This document shows, one piece after another, positions 28,345-42,215 of a DNA stretch of 64,000 nucleotides. Under the pieces are notes generated by a model. The model was not told the DNA's origin, did not search any database, and saw nothing but the letters and a program-made list of their open reading frames with translations. The first letter of the stretch is position 1; every line of letters begins with the position of its first letter. Where the stretch lies: NCBI GenBank assembly GCA_951406725.2, contig OX597823.1, positions 40,300,001 through 40,364,000 on the forward strand, given 5' to 3'. Both the position numbers and the translations under genes were made by a program. The DNA is from Octopus vulgaris. Lineage: Eukaryota.

Positions 28345-28789
28345 ACCACACACGCCGTCTATCTTTCACCCTCCTTCGCTCTAATTCTCCTCCCCTATTT
28401 CCTTTCTCTCTCTCTCTCTCACTCTCCCCCTCACTTATAAGCGTTCTCCCTCACTTCCCCCTCAACCTCATTCTCATTTCCTACCCCACCACAACTCTTT
28501 CATCCTCCACTCTTCTTCTGATCAACATCATCTATTTATTTCCATTCTCCTCATCCGTTTCACCATTGAAGTCGAAATATTATCTGCCATCAAAGATCTT
28601 TCTCGATTAATCACGACCCCTATCCGAATCCCTGATCCTGTTTTCTGCCATGCGCAAAGGGACCTTTAACCTTTGCCTTGAGGAATTCTTCCCGAATCTA
28701 CTCCATTGATTGTGTGTGTCGGTTAATTTTACTAACCGGTTCATTTGTCATTGTTATATCTCTGGTTAATGTCGGTACACCTCGCCGCC

Positions 28790-29390
28790 GCCACCACCAC
28801 TACTACCACTACCACCACCACCACCACCATCATCATCTCATGTATCACCACCAACACCAACGGCAGCTACTATTATTACTATCAACACTGCCACTAACAA
28901 TCACTACCATCACCATCACCATCACCACTACCACTATTACCATCATCACTACCACAACCAATCAAACACCACCATCACAAATAACCTATCACCACCACAA
29001 CTACTACTATCACTACCATTATCATCATCATCATCATCATCATCGTCATCAGTAGCAGCAACAGCGTTACCACCACCACCGCCACCACCATCACCACCAC
29101 TACTGCCACCGCCATCACCATCACTATTGCCGTCAACACCACTACCACCATCACTGCCGCCACCACCACCACCACCACCACCACCACTACTACTTCTACT
29201 CCCACCACCACCACTATCAGCATCATTCCCCACCACAACCAACCAATTCCCCACCACAACCGACCAACCAACCAACCACCACCACCACCACCACCCTACC
29301 CCCAACTACCCCCCCCCCACCAAATGCCCATTAAAAAACACGAACAAAATCAGAAATCAGAGCAATTCACCTCCGGAAGTATGGAAACGA

Positions 29391-29429
<39 letters not shown>

Positions 29430-29458
29430 ACACACGCACGCACACACGCACACACACA

Positions 29459-29516
<58 letters not shown>
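28790..29516. repeat. degenerate (CAC/CAT/TAC)n array followed by (CA)n
   Basis: Direct inspection; source of the poly-His, poly-Pro and poly-Gly pseudo-ORFs. Confidence 0.9.
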
Positions 29517-29520
<4 letters not shown>

Positions 29521-30611
29521 CTTTCCTTGTAAATTCATCCGTTTGAAGCTTGTGTCTTACATCTAACGTTCGTACTAACAACATCAAAAACTACTCCAAA
29601 CAATGAACATTTGCGTAGTCACTTGACCTGTTAGAAATAACAGTTAAATCTCCTTCGATACACGCTACCAGCTTAGAAAAGGGATACGTTGGATTATATG
29701 ATTCTGGGTTCACTGTACATAGGAAAAAGACAGAATGGTCACGGCTAGATTGTTTTTGGTCATATGTCTAATCGACCAGCGTAACCTAAAGCTGGACAAC
29801 AAAACAACAATAACAACAACCACTTACTACGGCGCAAAAAAATGCTCCGCGTCATCATTCTATTTTTTCTTTTTAGAAATAACAGCTAAATCTCTCAAAT
29901 GACACCCTGCAGTTTTAGGAAATTAAAGAACACACTGGACAATTAGGTTCTACTCCTAACAAGGCAGAGTCATCATGGATTGGAAAACCTTTGAAGTGAG
30001 AGAATGTTGTCAACTTCATGTGACAGTCCCACGAAAGGGGAAAATGCTACTGTTATTTAGCCCTAGGAAACACCGTTTCCTGTTGGACTTGACAAATTTC
30101 CTGTGTCCTTATATTTTCAAAGTGGAGACAAGCACCTCCACTCAGCAAAGCCAGCGTCCAGAGACTAGTTTCAGAGTCATTGCTCATCATGAGTCTGCTT
30201 AAGTAGGGTAACTATGGGGCTAAAAAAACAATAGCTACACCTACTACCACCGTTATCGCCAACGTCATCGCCAAGGTGCTCATTTCATTTTGAAGGATTA
30301 GTTTGTTGCTACAGCACACTCTAATTTTGTCAGTTCAAGCCGCTACAGATTCAAACAATCCCCAAATACCCAGATAATATTGTAGGACTTCAGAACACTA
30401 TTATACATCAGCTTAAGAATACGGCCCTTTCAACCCAGGTCATACACTTACAAAACGTACATATACACAAAAGCAGTAGTACCATCAGTTATGAATGGAA
30501 ATGCAAGTCTTTACATTAGGGAAGTTAAACATGTAATCTACTGTAGTGTTTAGTCTGGCAACCGGATCCAAATAAAGGCAAAATAATTATATTTTAATAA
30601 TAACCATTTCT

Positions 30612-31463
30612 GAAGCGACTAGGTGGCAGAAACGTTAGCACGCCGGGCGAAATGCGTGGCCGTATTTCGTCTGCCGTTACGTTCTGTGTTCAAATTCCAC
30701 CGAGTTCGACTTCGCCTTTCATCCTTTCGGGGTCGATTAAATAAGTACCAGTTACGCACTGGGATCGATATAATCGACTTAATCCGCTTGTCTGTCCTTG
30801 TTTGTCCTCTCTGTGTTTAGCCCCTTGTGGCTAGTAAAGAAATAGGTATTTCGTTGGCTGCTACGTTCTGAGTTCAAATTCCGCTGAGGTCGACTTTGCC
30901 TTTCATCCTTTCTATGTCGATAAATTAAGTACCAGTTGCATACTAAGGTCGATCCAATCGACTGGCTCCCTCCCCCAAAATTTTAGGTCTTGTGCCTAGA
31001 GTAGAAAAGAATAAAATTCCTTTCTATTATAAGCACAAGGCCTGAAATTTCGGGGGAGGCAAAGTCGACCTCGGTGGAATTTGAATTCAGAACGTAGCAG
31101 CAGATAAAATACCTATTTCTTTATTATCCACAAGGGGATAAAGACAGAGGGGACAAACAAGGACAGACATAGGTATTAAGTCGATTACATCGTTCACCCG
31201 GTGTGCTAACGATTCTGCCAGCTCGCCGCCTTATGTTTTAATAATAATAACAATAATACTTCCTCCTATAGCGACGAGGCCTGAAATGTAGGTGGATAGT
31301 CGATTACATCGAGTCAGTACTCATCTGGTACTTATTTTATCGATCCCAAAAGTATGAAAGGCATGGTCGACCTTGGCGGAATTTGAACTCAGAACGCAAA
31401 GACGGACGAAATGCCACTAAGTATTTTGGCTGGTGTGCTATCGATTCTGCCAGCACGCCACCT
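30612..31463. mobile_element. cluster of family A SINEs: + 30612-30845, + 30846-31010, - 31022-31232 (chimeric), - 31260-31463
   Basis: Repeated family A head, core and tail motifs in both orientations. Confidence 0.88.
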
Positions 31464-31820
31464 TTAATAATAACCTCAAGCTGTATGCTGCAAATGATAA
31501 ACAGCTGGAGGCATTGCCACAGATAGTGCATAAATAACCTTGAAAAGAGGAAAATTAATAACGATATCACACTAAATAGAGTAAATGAAATAAGAGAAAT
31601 AGACGGAACCCAGACATACAGATACTTAGAAATCAATGAACCAGATACAGTACACCATACACAAATGAAAGAAAAGAAAAGAAAAGAAAAGAAAAGAAAG
31701 GAATATTATTGAAGAATTAGGTTAATATTTACATAAAGGCTCAATGTGAAAAATAAAACAATAGTCATCAATAGTCATCCAGCTGTCATAAGCTACATTT
31801 ACAATATTCTTAACTGGATA

Positions 31821-32280
<460 letters not shown>

Positions 32281-32375
32281 GGATACTACATGAATTAGCC
32301 AAACTAACAGTAAACCAAGAAAAATAATGGCAGAATTTAGAATACATCACTCAAAATCTGATATAGAAAGGATAT

Positions 32376-32701
32376 CTTTTAACTCCGCCGGTTACGACGA
32401 CGAGGGTCCCAGCTGATACGATCAACGGAACAGTTTGCTCGTGAAATTAACGTGCAAATGGCTGAGCATTCCACAGACACGTGTACCCTTAACGTAGTTC
32501 TCGGGGATAATCAGCGTGACACAGAGAGTGACAAGGCTGACCCTTTGAAATACAAGTACAACTCATTTTTGTCAGCTGAGTGGACTGGAGCAACGTGAAA
32601 TAAAGTGTCTTGCTCAAGGACACAACGCGTCGCCGGGAATCGAACTCACAACCTTACGATCATGAGCCGAATGCCCTAACCACTAAGCCACGCGCCCTCA
32701 C
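32376..32701 (-). mobile_element. SINE family C with a third 3' module, 11-bp TSD
   Basis: TSD agaaaggatat at 32365-32375 and 32702-32712; A-box tggcttagtgg, B-box gagttcgattccc, CORE-like ttgtgtccttgagcaagacacttt. Confidence 0.92.
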
Positions 32702-33449
32702 AGAAAGGATATATATGTACAACAAACTGAAGGTGTTAGAGGCCTTATACAACTAGGAAACTAGTATAAAATATACACCATAGAATTACAGAAATATCTA
32801 ATACAGAACCAAGGAAAACTGGTACAAACAGCCACAAAATATGAGCAAAACATAAAAGTGTATTCTATCTTCAAGAAAGCTGAAAAATAGAAGAAAGAGG
32901 TTTGATACGTGACAACAATGAAGATAAAGAAGAAACATCAAAAGCTGTAAAGCAACTAAAATCTAGGCTAAACCTGGACCTACAACATAAAACGATAGCA
33001 AAATAAGCCCTTACATGGAAAATACATTCGTTCAGAAGATCGAGTTTCAATGAAGCCTAAGGATATTTGATTGCAGCACAAGATCAAAACCTCCCCACCA
33101 GAAACTGTCAAAGACATAAAGACTAGAAGTAGAATAAGTAACTACAGAAATGCATCCACACTGCAACCACCACCAACAAAACTTTGATCAAACGCGATTC
33201 TCTCGTGATATCCCCGCTTCTTTTTCTTTTACAAATAGTGCATCCTGCCCTATATTATCCAATATGTTTTCTAATTTTTAAAACTCAGAAAGGTGTGGTT
33301 TAAGAAACATTAGACCGTTATATTTATCAGATCGAATGACCAAGTAGAAGTCTTCTAGTTGGTTAGAGTACATCAATGTATTTACTTTGACAGAGCTGCT
33401 GCTGTTTATAGTGATATCGTAACCTGTTGCGACTTGTGATGCTGAACAG

Positions 33450-33790
33450 AAACAAATACTTGGTTATAGAGTGTCGGTGACAGGAAACAGGCCTAGATAT
33501 ACTAAGCCCACTTGATATATTTCTAAAGGGAGTCCTTCCAACAGGAAAGCATCTTTCTGAAGAATCTGGTTGTGGTTATACTATTCTTGAGATGAAACAT
33601 TTACCAGGCTGTTAAACCATCGTACCACAGCCGTCACTTGCAAGTGAGTATAGTTCAGTTGCACGAATCATTCTTTCGTTGTTTTCAATGCCTACGTAGT
33701 CGTGAGCAGGCGTAGAGACCGTGTTGCCCCAACCCTTCTCCTGCCCTTGACCTAGCGGAACTTTGAGGTTGAAACATCTGGGGAGCAGAG
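33450..33790 (-). pseudogene. possible RTE-type APE endonuclease remnant
   Basis: CFNLKVPLGQ...VGIENNE loosely resembles GDFNAKVG...G..NENG; weak. Confidence 0.3.
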
Positions 33791-33864
33791 ATAGATAGAT
33801 AAATAGATAAACAGATAGACAGATAGTGAGAGAACATATATATATAATATATATATATACATAC

Positions 33865-33902
<38 letters not shown>

Positions 33903-34584
33903 GTACCAGTATTCTGGTGAAGTGTGAAATATAGTGCCTTTATTTAGGATACAAGGCATCGTCTGGTGCAGAAATTGAACCCATGGCCTTCCGATTGTGT
34001 GCCCTTGTATTTACGCTCATGCGCTTTGTTAGTTTCTCTTATATTCTGCATTCAGATGATTTCAGTTCATATTTTTAATGATTTGCAGGCACCACACCAT
34101 AAAATACTGTTAAAAAGTCATATGCGCTTTCTTTCTGTCCTAAGAGAACACAAAAAAATTCCTTCAACGTACATTTCCATTTAGGAAGAATAACAATGCA
34201 TCATTATGGAATATTAAAATTTCAAGAATTTATTTAGATTTTATGTGGGACTGAAGGTAATGGCGAAGTCAAGCTAAGAATTCTCTTAGAAAAATCTAAA
34301 AGTATTCTAACAATATATACAGAGAATTTTAGAAACCCATTAGAAAATGAGTTCACTCAACAAGCTTCACGGATTTATATAATTTCTTTGTATTTTCGGG
34401 TAATTAAGAAGTTTTGTTGAAGTAAAATTTCTTGAAATCGTGTATCCGTGTCTCAGTGGAAACTAAATACCCCTGGTTCTATCTACCGATGTTATATGGC
34501 TGTCTATCTACCTGGCTGTCAGTCTGTCTTCTTGTCTGTCAACCGGTCTGTTTGTCAGTCAGTCATTCGAGTGATTTATTGTTG

Positions 34585-34618
<34 letters not shown>

Positions 34619-34894
34619 TGTATGTATGTATGTATCTATGTATATGTTATGTGCATACATATATTTATATATGTATATATGTACAATATAATTTATATAT
34701 AGGTATATATATATATATATATACATATGTGTTTGTGTATATATATGTAAGTATGTATATAAAGAGTATAAAAGGGATAAATTATCGTGGTGGATACCGA
34801 ATTATCTCATAAAATGATATAGATGCAGGCTATCCACAACACTCAAATTTATTCACAAGTATAAATAGATATTGGGTATTTGTACATATATATT

Positions 34895-34949
<55 letters not shown>

Positions 34950-35121
34950 GCACACACTCAGATCAAAACAGTTTGATTCAGTCTCCTTGGTACTCTGAGT
35001 TTCAAGCGTGGCTAGTCTTCGGTCGTTGGCCTCTACACATTACATATACACACACATATACATATATACATATATATGTAATTAATGAGACGGAAGATAG
35101 AAGATACGAAAATCTTTATTG

Positions 35122-35227
35122 ATCACTACAATCGTTTCGACCCATCTAGCATTGATCCTTCGCGGATAGGATACTGCACAACTAGTTTACGTGCATCTCT
35201 CGGTGTATGTGTGTCTTCTCAGGTGAT
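35122..35227 (-). ncRNA. degenerate minimal type I hammerhead ribozyme
   Basis: Minus: AUCAC-CUGAGAA-GAC...GUC-GAAA-CGAUUG-UA-GUGAU; 5-bp stem I; core deviates from CUGANGA. Confidence 0.6.
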
Positions 35228-35963
35228 TTCAAAAGGCATCTCGTTAAAATAAACAGTTTCGCACAACTTATTACTGCCTGCTTTCTTCTTCGTCTTTGTA
35301 GGTAGAGATGGCAAATTAAAGGATATTGCTTCATTCATATAGAAGAGCAATGACTGAGATCAGATACAAAAAGAAACATACACAATACAGCGAAACGAAT
35401 TATTACATATAACCGTCAGTAGATATGGATGTACAAACGCCTACACATAAGTGGGCTGGCGCACGTACACACGTCCGTACAAACGCACACGCACATACAA
35501 ACACACGCGCGCGGGGTCTGGCGCACTTACACACGATCGTACACAGAATTAAGTAGATATTAGTAAAGTTGGTGCCGATTAATGGCCAGTGGTACGATGT
35601 TGCTTCGTGTTGAGTCACATATTCTGTGCCGCACTCCAGTGGGTCACATTAACATGCGTCTTTAGGCGCATATTCGTGGGTTTATACACGCATACATGCG
35701 CTTAAACAGATATCTACATCAATATAAGTGTATACTGATTGGCACTTAGACGTATGCAATTGTGGGTGGATACGAAACCATGTATGTACCGATAGATAAA
35801 TTAGACACATAGACACATGAATGTTATGGTTATGTATGTATGTATGTATGTATGTATGTATGTATGTATGTATGTATGTATGTATGTATGTGTGTGTGTA
35901 TGTATGTATACATATAGGAAATTGGAATGACAAAGGAAAATAGATAATCTTATGAATATCATT

Positions 35964-36044
35964 AGCTTACAGCCGTTTCTGTTGTAAGGTGCAATGCAGT
36001 CATGGTTGACTGCTTGAGTATGACCCTATAGCTTCATCGGTACT
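35964..36044 (-). ncRNA. degenerate minimal type I hammerhead (same family as 43836)
   Basis: Minus: CCGAUGA-agcuauag...GAAA-CGGCUG-UA-agcuaauga; flanks match the 43836 copy. Confidence 0.6.
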
Positions 36045-36085
36045 TCAAACATGTTTATTTCCCAACCATATATATATATATATAT

Positions 36086-36309
36086 CTTTAGTTTACCCCA
36101 CAAGGGGCTAAAAACAGAGAGGACAAACAAAGACAAATGGATTAAGTCGATTACATCGACCCTAGTGTGTAACCGGTACTTATTTAATCGACCCCGAAAG
36201 GATGAAAGGCAAAGTCGACTTCGGCGGAATTTGGACTCAGAACTTAACGGCAGACAAAATAGCGCTAATCATTTTGCCCGGCCTGCTAACGATTCTGCCA
36301 GCTCGCCTT
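36086..36309 (-). mobile_element. SINE family A
   Basis: Reverse complement of the 3380 copy. Confidence 0.9.
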
Positions 36310-36591
36310 ATATATATACATACATATACATACACATATATAAATACACACATACACATACATATGTATGTATGTATTTACAATATATATATATATATAT
36401 ATGTATCGAATAACTGAACTGGTTTTTGACACAAACTCAAGTTTTATGTTCAAGCAAAGATATTTCTCAATATTAAGTGCTTTCAGTTGCTAAGCCTATC
36501 AACAAAGGAACAGTATGTTTGTATGAACAGTACACTAATACATATGTCTATGGAAGATATGTATATATGTATATATATATATCTGTATGTA

Positions 36592-36647
<56 letters not shown>

Positions 36648-36812
36648 CACACACATTATATGCGTATGTATATTTATCTATGTATCTATCTATACATTTA
36701 TGTATATGCATGTGTTTGAACAGTATATGTATGTTTGTGTGAACAGTATAGTAATAACATGTCTATGGAAGATATATATATATATGTAATATATATATAA
36801 TATAATAATTAC

Positions 36813-36898
<86 letters not shown>

Positions 36899-36935
36899 AA
36901 TACATACACATTATATACGTATGTAATTTTATGCA

Positions 36936-36998
<63 letters not shown>

Positions 36999-37184
36999 GT
37001 ATATATATACCCTCCTTCTTCCATTTGTCTTGTAGGTATATACAATTAGGTCATATCTGTGTATGCATGTGTGCATATGTGTGTATGCGTGATTATGTGC
37101 ATAAGTGTGTGTGTGTGTTTGCGTGTGTATGTGTGTGTGTGCGTATTTATTCATGTGCATGTGTAAGTGCATTTTTTGATAAGA

Positions 37185-37470
37185 AATTAGTACCTTGCGG
37201 ACATCTTTGTGCAGTTTATGATGACGTGGTTGATATCTTCCACACTTCTAGAACATAATCAACATTTTCTGTCATAATGCACAAATTTCGAGACTTTCTT
37301 ATCTTTTTTATTCATCAGGTGTTTTGTAACCATCTCCTCAGTAGCAAAGGGGGCATTTCCTCCCTTCAAAGAGGCACGTGTTGTATTTAACACATGCCCA
37401 GTAAAGTACACTTTTCACGACAATATCGTTGGCACCTGCGTTTGAATCCCACGCTATTGTCTCTAGCACT
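37185..37470 (-). pseudogene. R4/Dong-like LINE zinc-knuckle (CCHC) fragment
   Basis: EEMVTKHLMNKKDK...[27 protein letters not shown] fits CxxC...E...H...C. Confidence 0.75.
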
Positions 37471-37899
37471 TACTTATATGTCTATGGAAGATATATATAT
37501 ATATATTAATAATATATATATTATATTATGTATGTATGTATGTATGTATGTATGTATGTATGTATGTATTATGTATGTATGTATGTATATATGTATGTAT
37601 TATATATATATATTATGTATGTATGTATTTATGTATGTATGTATGTATGTCATTATTCAGTTTTATTTCAAAATGTCTTGCCAATAGAGAAACTGCTGGT
37701 ATCTAACCTAGATCCAAGTCGCCTTTATTGGAATTTGTAGCTATATACAATTAGGTCATATCTGTGTATGCATGTGTGCATATGTGTGTATGCGTGATTA
37801 TGTGCATAAGTGTGTGTGTGTTTGCGTCGTATGTATGTGTGTGTGTGCGTATGTATGCGTGCAGTTTTGTTTAATGAATGTCTTTTCATGCATATACTT

Positions 37900-38135
37900 G
37901 CATATCTAGACAAGGTCATACTTAAACTTCTGAAAGTTTTACAGATCTTTACAGTTCCAGTGATTGCTTGGATCGGTAGTCTTCGAATTAGTTTCTTTTC
38001 TTTCTGGTTTTGAGAAGTCTAAATTCTCAAGATTGGCATTTAGGCAATGTGTTACACACCTCAGTGTCCCAGTAATTATAGATATAAACCTGAACTTTTA
38101 ATCCGGATACAGTAACTGCAGATTTCTCAATAGTT
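37900..38135 (-). pseudogene. R4/Dong-like LINE RLE endonuclease C-terminus
   Basis: LLRNLQLLYPD*KFRFISIITGTLRCVTHCLNANLENLDFS...IQAITGTVKICKTF resembles the RLE terminal PIIIGALG region. Confidence 0.75.
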
Positions 38136-38419
38136 CTGTATGTATGTCTGTATGTACGTATGTATGTATGTATGTATGTATGTACATATATATATATTAT
38201 GTATGTATGTATTTATGTATGTATGTCATTATTCAGTTTTATTTCAAAATGTCTTGCCAATAGAGAAACTGCTGGTATCTAACCTAGATCCAAGTCGCCG
38301 TATATATGTATATATATATATATATATATATTCCCTTTTTTTCTTCCCCTTTCTCTTGCTCCTCCTCCTCCCTCCCGTCGTTGACCCGCGACGAGAGCTC
38401 TGCTACTGTCTTTCTGACA

Positions 38420-38860
38420 TGGCTTCCTTGAAGTGTTGACGGCATTTTCTGTTGCTCCTTCGCCGTTCTCAAAAATAGCGTTCGTAATACTTTATCTCGA
38501 TCGGTTTAACAGCCCTTCTTGTCTTGTTATTCTCCTTGTCCTGTCTTTTACTGTATATATTTTGTACTGTCGTTACTGTCCTGTTTTTGTTACCATTTTT
38601 ACCCGTCCGCAAAAAGATCTCAAATTTTATTTAATTTGCTTTTCGCGGGAAGGAAAGTTTCTATCGAAGATGCGTATCGCCTTCACCTTCGAAACGCAGA
38701 GTAGATGAAACCATGGCGACTGAAGAGGGAAATTTTCCTTGTGTTATTTGTCCTGTACTCTATTTTTTCGTTGTTTAAGAAAAATGTCCAGTTCCTTGGT
38801 TTTGTGTTTATGTTTTCGTTTCTCATTGCGTTCGACGTTTTTTTGGTGTCCTGTACCCAT
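38420..38860 (+). repeat. Penelope pLTR-like repeat with broken hammerhead motifs
   Basis: tttctatc-gaaga...cgaaacgcagagta-gatgaaa (core lacks CU), then ctgaagagggaaa; T-rich body. Confidence 0.4.
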
Positions 38861-38938
38861 GTATGCATGTATATATACATGTAGAGGTAGGTACGTACAT
38901 ATATGTATGTATATATGCATATGTTTTATTTATTAATT

Positions 38939-39012
<74 letters not shown>

Positions 39013-39113
39013 ATATATACATATATGTATAATGAGTGAGAGAGACGGAAAGAGAAAAAGAGAGAGAAAGAAAAAGTTTGAAAGTGAGAGTGAGGGATAT
39101 ATAGATTGACAGA

Positions 39114-39170
<57 letters not shown>

Positions 39171-39526
39171 CAGGAGGTTGCTTCTCTCCAAAAAAGCCCT
39201 GTCAGTAGATAAATAGTCGAAACCATTAATAATTTGACATTCTTGAGGTTTACCCATACAGAGTGTATCGAAAATGAAATTATCTAAAGTGTTAGTGTCC
39301 TTATTTACTGATGACAAGGGTTTACTTTGGGGGTAATTTAGCTGCCATTTTTAGATGGCTGTGCATGCTATGGGAAGCTTTCTTATTAGTTCAACGCTAG
39401 ATATGTATCAAGGATATGTGTGTGTCTTTGTATGTGTATGTGTGTTTTTAACATGCGTGTCTATGTATATATGTATGTATGTTTGTATGTATACATGTAT
39501 CTATCTGTCTATACACACACATACAT

Positions 39527-39593
<67 letters not shown>

Positions 39594-39892
39594 CATACAT
39601 ATATGTATGTGTGTGTGTGTATATGTGTATGTAAATATATATATTTATTTATATACATATATACTTAGAAATCACTAAATCAGAAAATCTAAACTGTATT
39701 TTTCTTAAGCTATTTCTTTTACCTGTCTACCTATCTCTCCGTCTGCCTGTCTGTCTGATTGTCTGTCTGTCTGTCTGTCTGTCTGTATGTATGTATGTAT
39801 GTATGTATGCATGCATGTATGTATGTGTGTGGTCGTCTCGGTGTGCGTTTGTACGTGTATGCATTCGTGTGTGTATACATATACATACAGAG

Positions 39893-39967
<75 letters not shown>

Positions 39968-40051
39968 TATATATATAACGTATATATATATATATATATG
40001 TATATGTGTGTGTATATAATATATATATAAATATAAATACATATATATACT

Positions 40052-40082
<31 letters not shown>

Positions 40083-40335
40083 ATATGCGCATACATGCAT
40101 ATATTTTTTCTCTGTTGGCAAAAAATCTTGAAATAAACTGAACTTTGACATACATACACACATACATACAAACATCTATTACAGAAAATCAAACCCCACC
40201 CCACACCTTCCTGCTTTCAACTACATTTTATCGTATTATATTTTGTATTAATTCAATTTGATTTGATTTAATTTATTTCACTCTTCTCCTTTACCCTCCT
40301 AATCCCTCTTACTAACGCTTTACCCCCTTAGCTTA

Positions 40336-40393
<58 letters not shown>

Positions 40394-40453
40394 GTACATA
40401 TACATATGTATATATTCATAGTGTACACGAATATATATATATGTATATATATG

Positions 40454-40485
<32 letters not shown>

Positions 40486-40877
40486 TAAATATATATACAT
40501 ATATATACATATATATATATATTTGTGTACACTATGAGATAAGTACGTATATGCTATATGCGTGTGCGTACATACATATATGTATATATGCATATAGTCA
40601 TGTGATGCTTATCTTGCGGCGCGTAGAGTATGCGCAGTGAAGTTCAATTTGAAATAGGTTACTACACGCCGTCCATCATATGCAGTCTACAATTCCACAG
40701 TTGAATCGCCACTAATAGTGACGTAGACCGAAATGATTTATGAGGCTGACCGAACCTGACCTTCTACTTATCGACGACACGTGAACAGAAGACTTTCAGA
40801 ATCAAGTGATCTGCCCAGAAATTAAAAGAAACACGAGAAGTAGATATTTCGAAATTTTACGCTTGTATCGGTCTCTA

Positions 40878-40893
40878 ATGTAGTAGTAGCAGC

Positions 40894-40938
<45 letters not shown>

Positions 40939-40970
40939 TGTAGTAGTAGTAGTAGTACTAGCAGCAGTAA

Positions 40971-41008
<38 letters not shown>

Positions 41009-41025
41009 TTTGTAGTAGTTGCAGC

Positions 41026-41096
<71 letters not shown>

Positions 41097-41104
41097 TAGT
41101 TGCC

Positions 41105-41138
<34 letters not shown>

Positions 41139-41139
41139 T

Positions 41140-41183
<44 letters not shown>

Positions 41184-41240
41184 TAGTAGTAGTAATGATG
41201 ATGATGATGTTGTTAACGATGATGATGATAATGATGATGA
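40878..41240. repeat. interleaved (TAG)n/(CAG)n, then (GAT)n microsatellite
   Basis: Direct inspection. Confidence 0.95.
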
Positions 41241-41242
41241 TC

Positions 41243-41750
41243 CTTTCCACTATAGGCACAAGGCCTGAAATTTGGGGAATGCGGTAAATTGATTTCATCG
41301 ACTCCAGTTTCTCTGGTATTTCATTTATCGACCCCAAAAGGATAAAAGGCAAAGTCGATCTCGGTGGAATTTGAACTCAGAAGATTAAAAGGACGAAATA
41401 CCGCTAAGCATTTTACTGGCGTGCCAACGATTCTGTCAGGCAATTTCGTCTGTCCTTACGTTCTACCGAGGCCGACTTTGCCTTTCATCCTTTCGGGGTC
41501 GATAAATGAAGTACCAGTGAAAAACTGGTCTCCTCCCACCAATTTTCCAGCCTCGTGCCTTTAATAGAAAGGATTATTATTGTTACTATTGAGGCGGCGA
41601 GCACATTGAGCGAAATGCTTTCGTTCGCATTTGCGTTCTGAATTCAAATTTAGCCGAGGTCGACAAGTACCAGTTAAAAATTGGGTCGATATTAGCGACT
41701 TAACCACTCTCCCGAAATTGCTGGCCTTGAGCCAAAATTTGAAACCATCA
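41243..41750. mobile_element. three degenerate family A SINE pieces (- 41243-41440; + 41440-41570; + 41590-41750)
   Basis: Family A core and short-tail motifs. Confidence 0.8.
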
Positions 41751-41899
41751 TTATTAGTTGTAGTTTTCGCTTGTTTTCCACTGGAGTATTGAATGAGGCA
41801 GGCATTATATGGACAGTTTACAGAGTGGCATTTACATAAAAGATGGGGTGGGGAGAAATGGAGAGAAGCGTAAGTGAAGTTTAAGTATATATAATATAA

Positions 41900-42215
41900 A
41901 TACGGACACATGAATAATACTGTAAAACCACCAATGAAAGAGTCTCACACACACAGGATCATCCTGATAACGAAGGGGCGTAAGCCCCAAGCTCTTGCCC
42001 ATCTGTTGCTCTCCAGTTTGCAAGTGGATGCTTAGAATAGATCCAGTCACCCAAACTATTTTTAACATAGTCACCTACCTTTTGGCAAATTCAGCACTTC
42101 CCTCTCCAAAGTCACTTTCCATTGCAATGGGAACTTTAAAAAGTCGATGAGGGCTTAGCCGAAGAGAAGGATGTCTGTTCTCAATCCTTTCAGCGTCTGT
42201 CAAGTTTATCCGCCC
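41900..42215 (-). pseudogene. probable L1/Tx1 ORF2 C-terminus and 3' UTR
   Basis: LKGLRTDILLFG*ALIDFLKFPLQWKVTLEREVL...VTGSILSIHL resembles Tx1-type ORF2 ends. Confidence 0.5.

Noticed and set aside
28678-29546. Poly-His, poly-Pro or poly-Gly ORFs resembling a transcription-factor exon
   Set aside because: Open in several frames on both strands because of CAC/CAT repeats; no domain or convincing splice context.
37279-37323. Hammerhead-like CUGAUGA...GAAA on the minus strand
   Set aside because: Lies inside LINE coding sequence (KHLMNKKDKK) and stem II does not pair; likely coincidental.
40590-40820. Possible exon or RTE endonuclease remnant (IISVYVTISGD)
   Set aside because: Stops in the suggestive frame and similarity too weak to call by eye.
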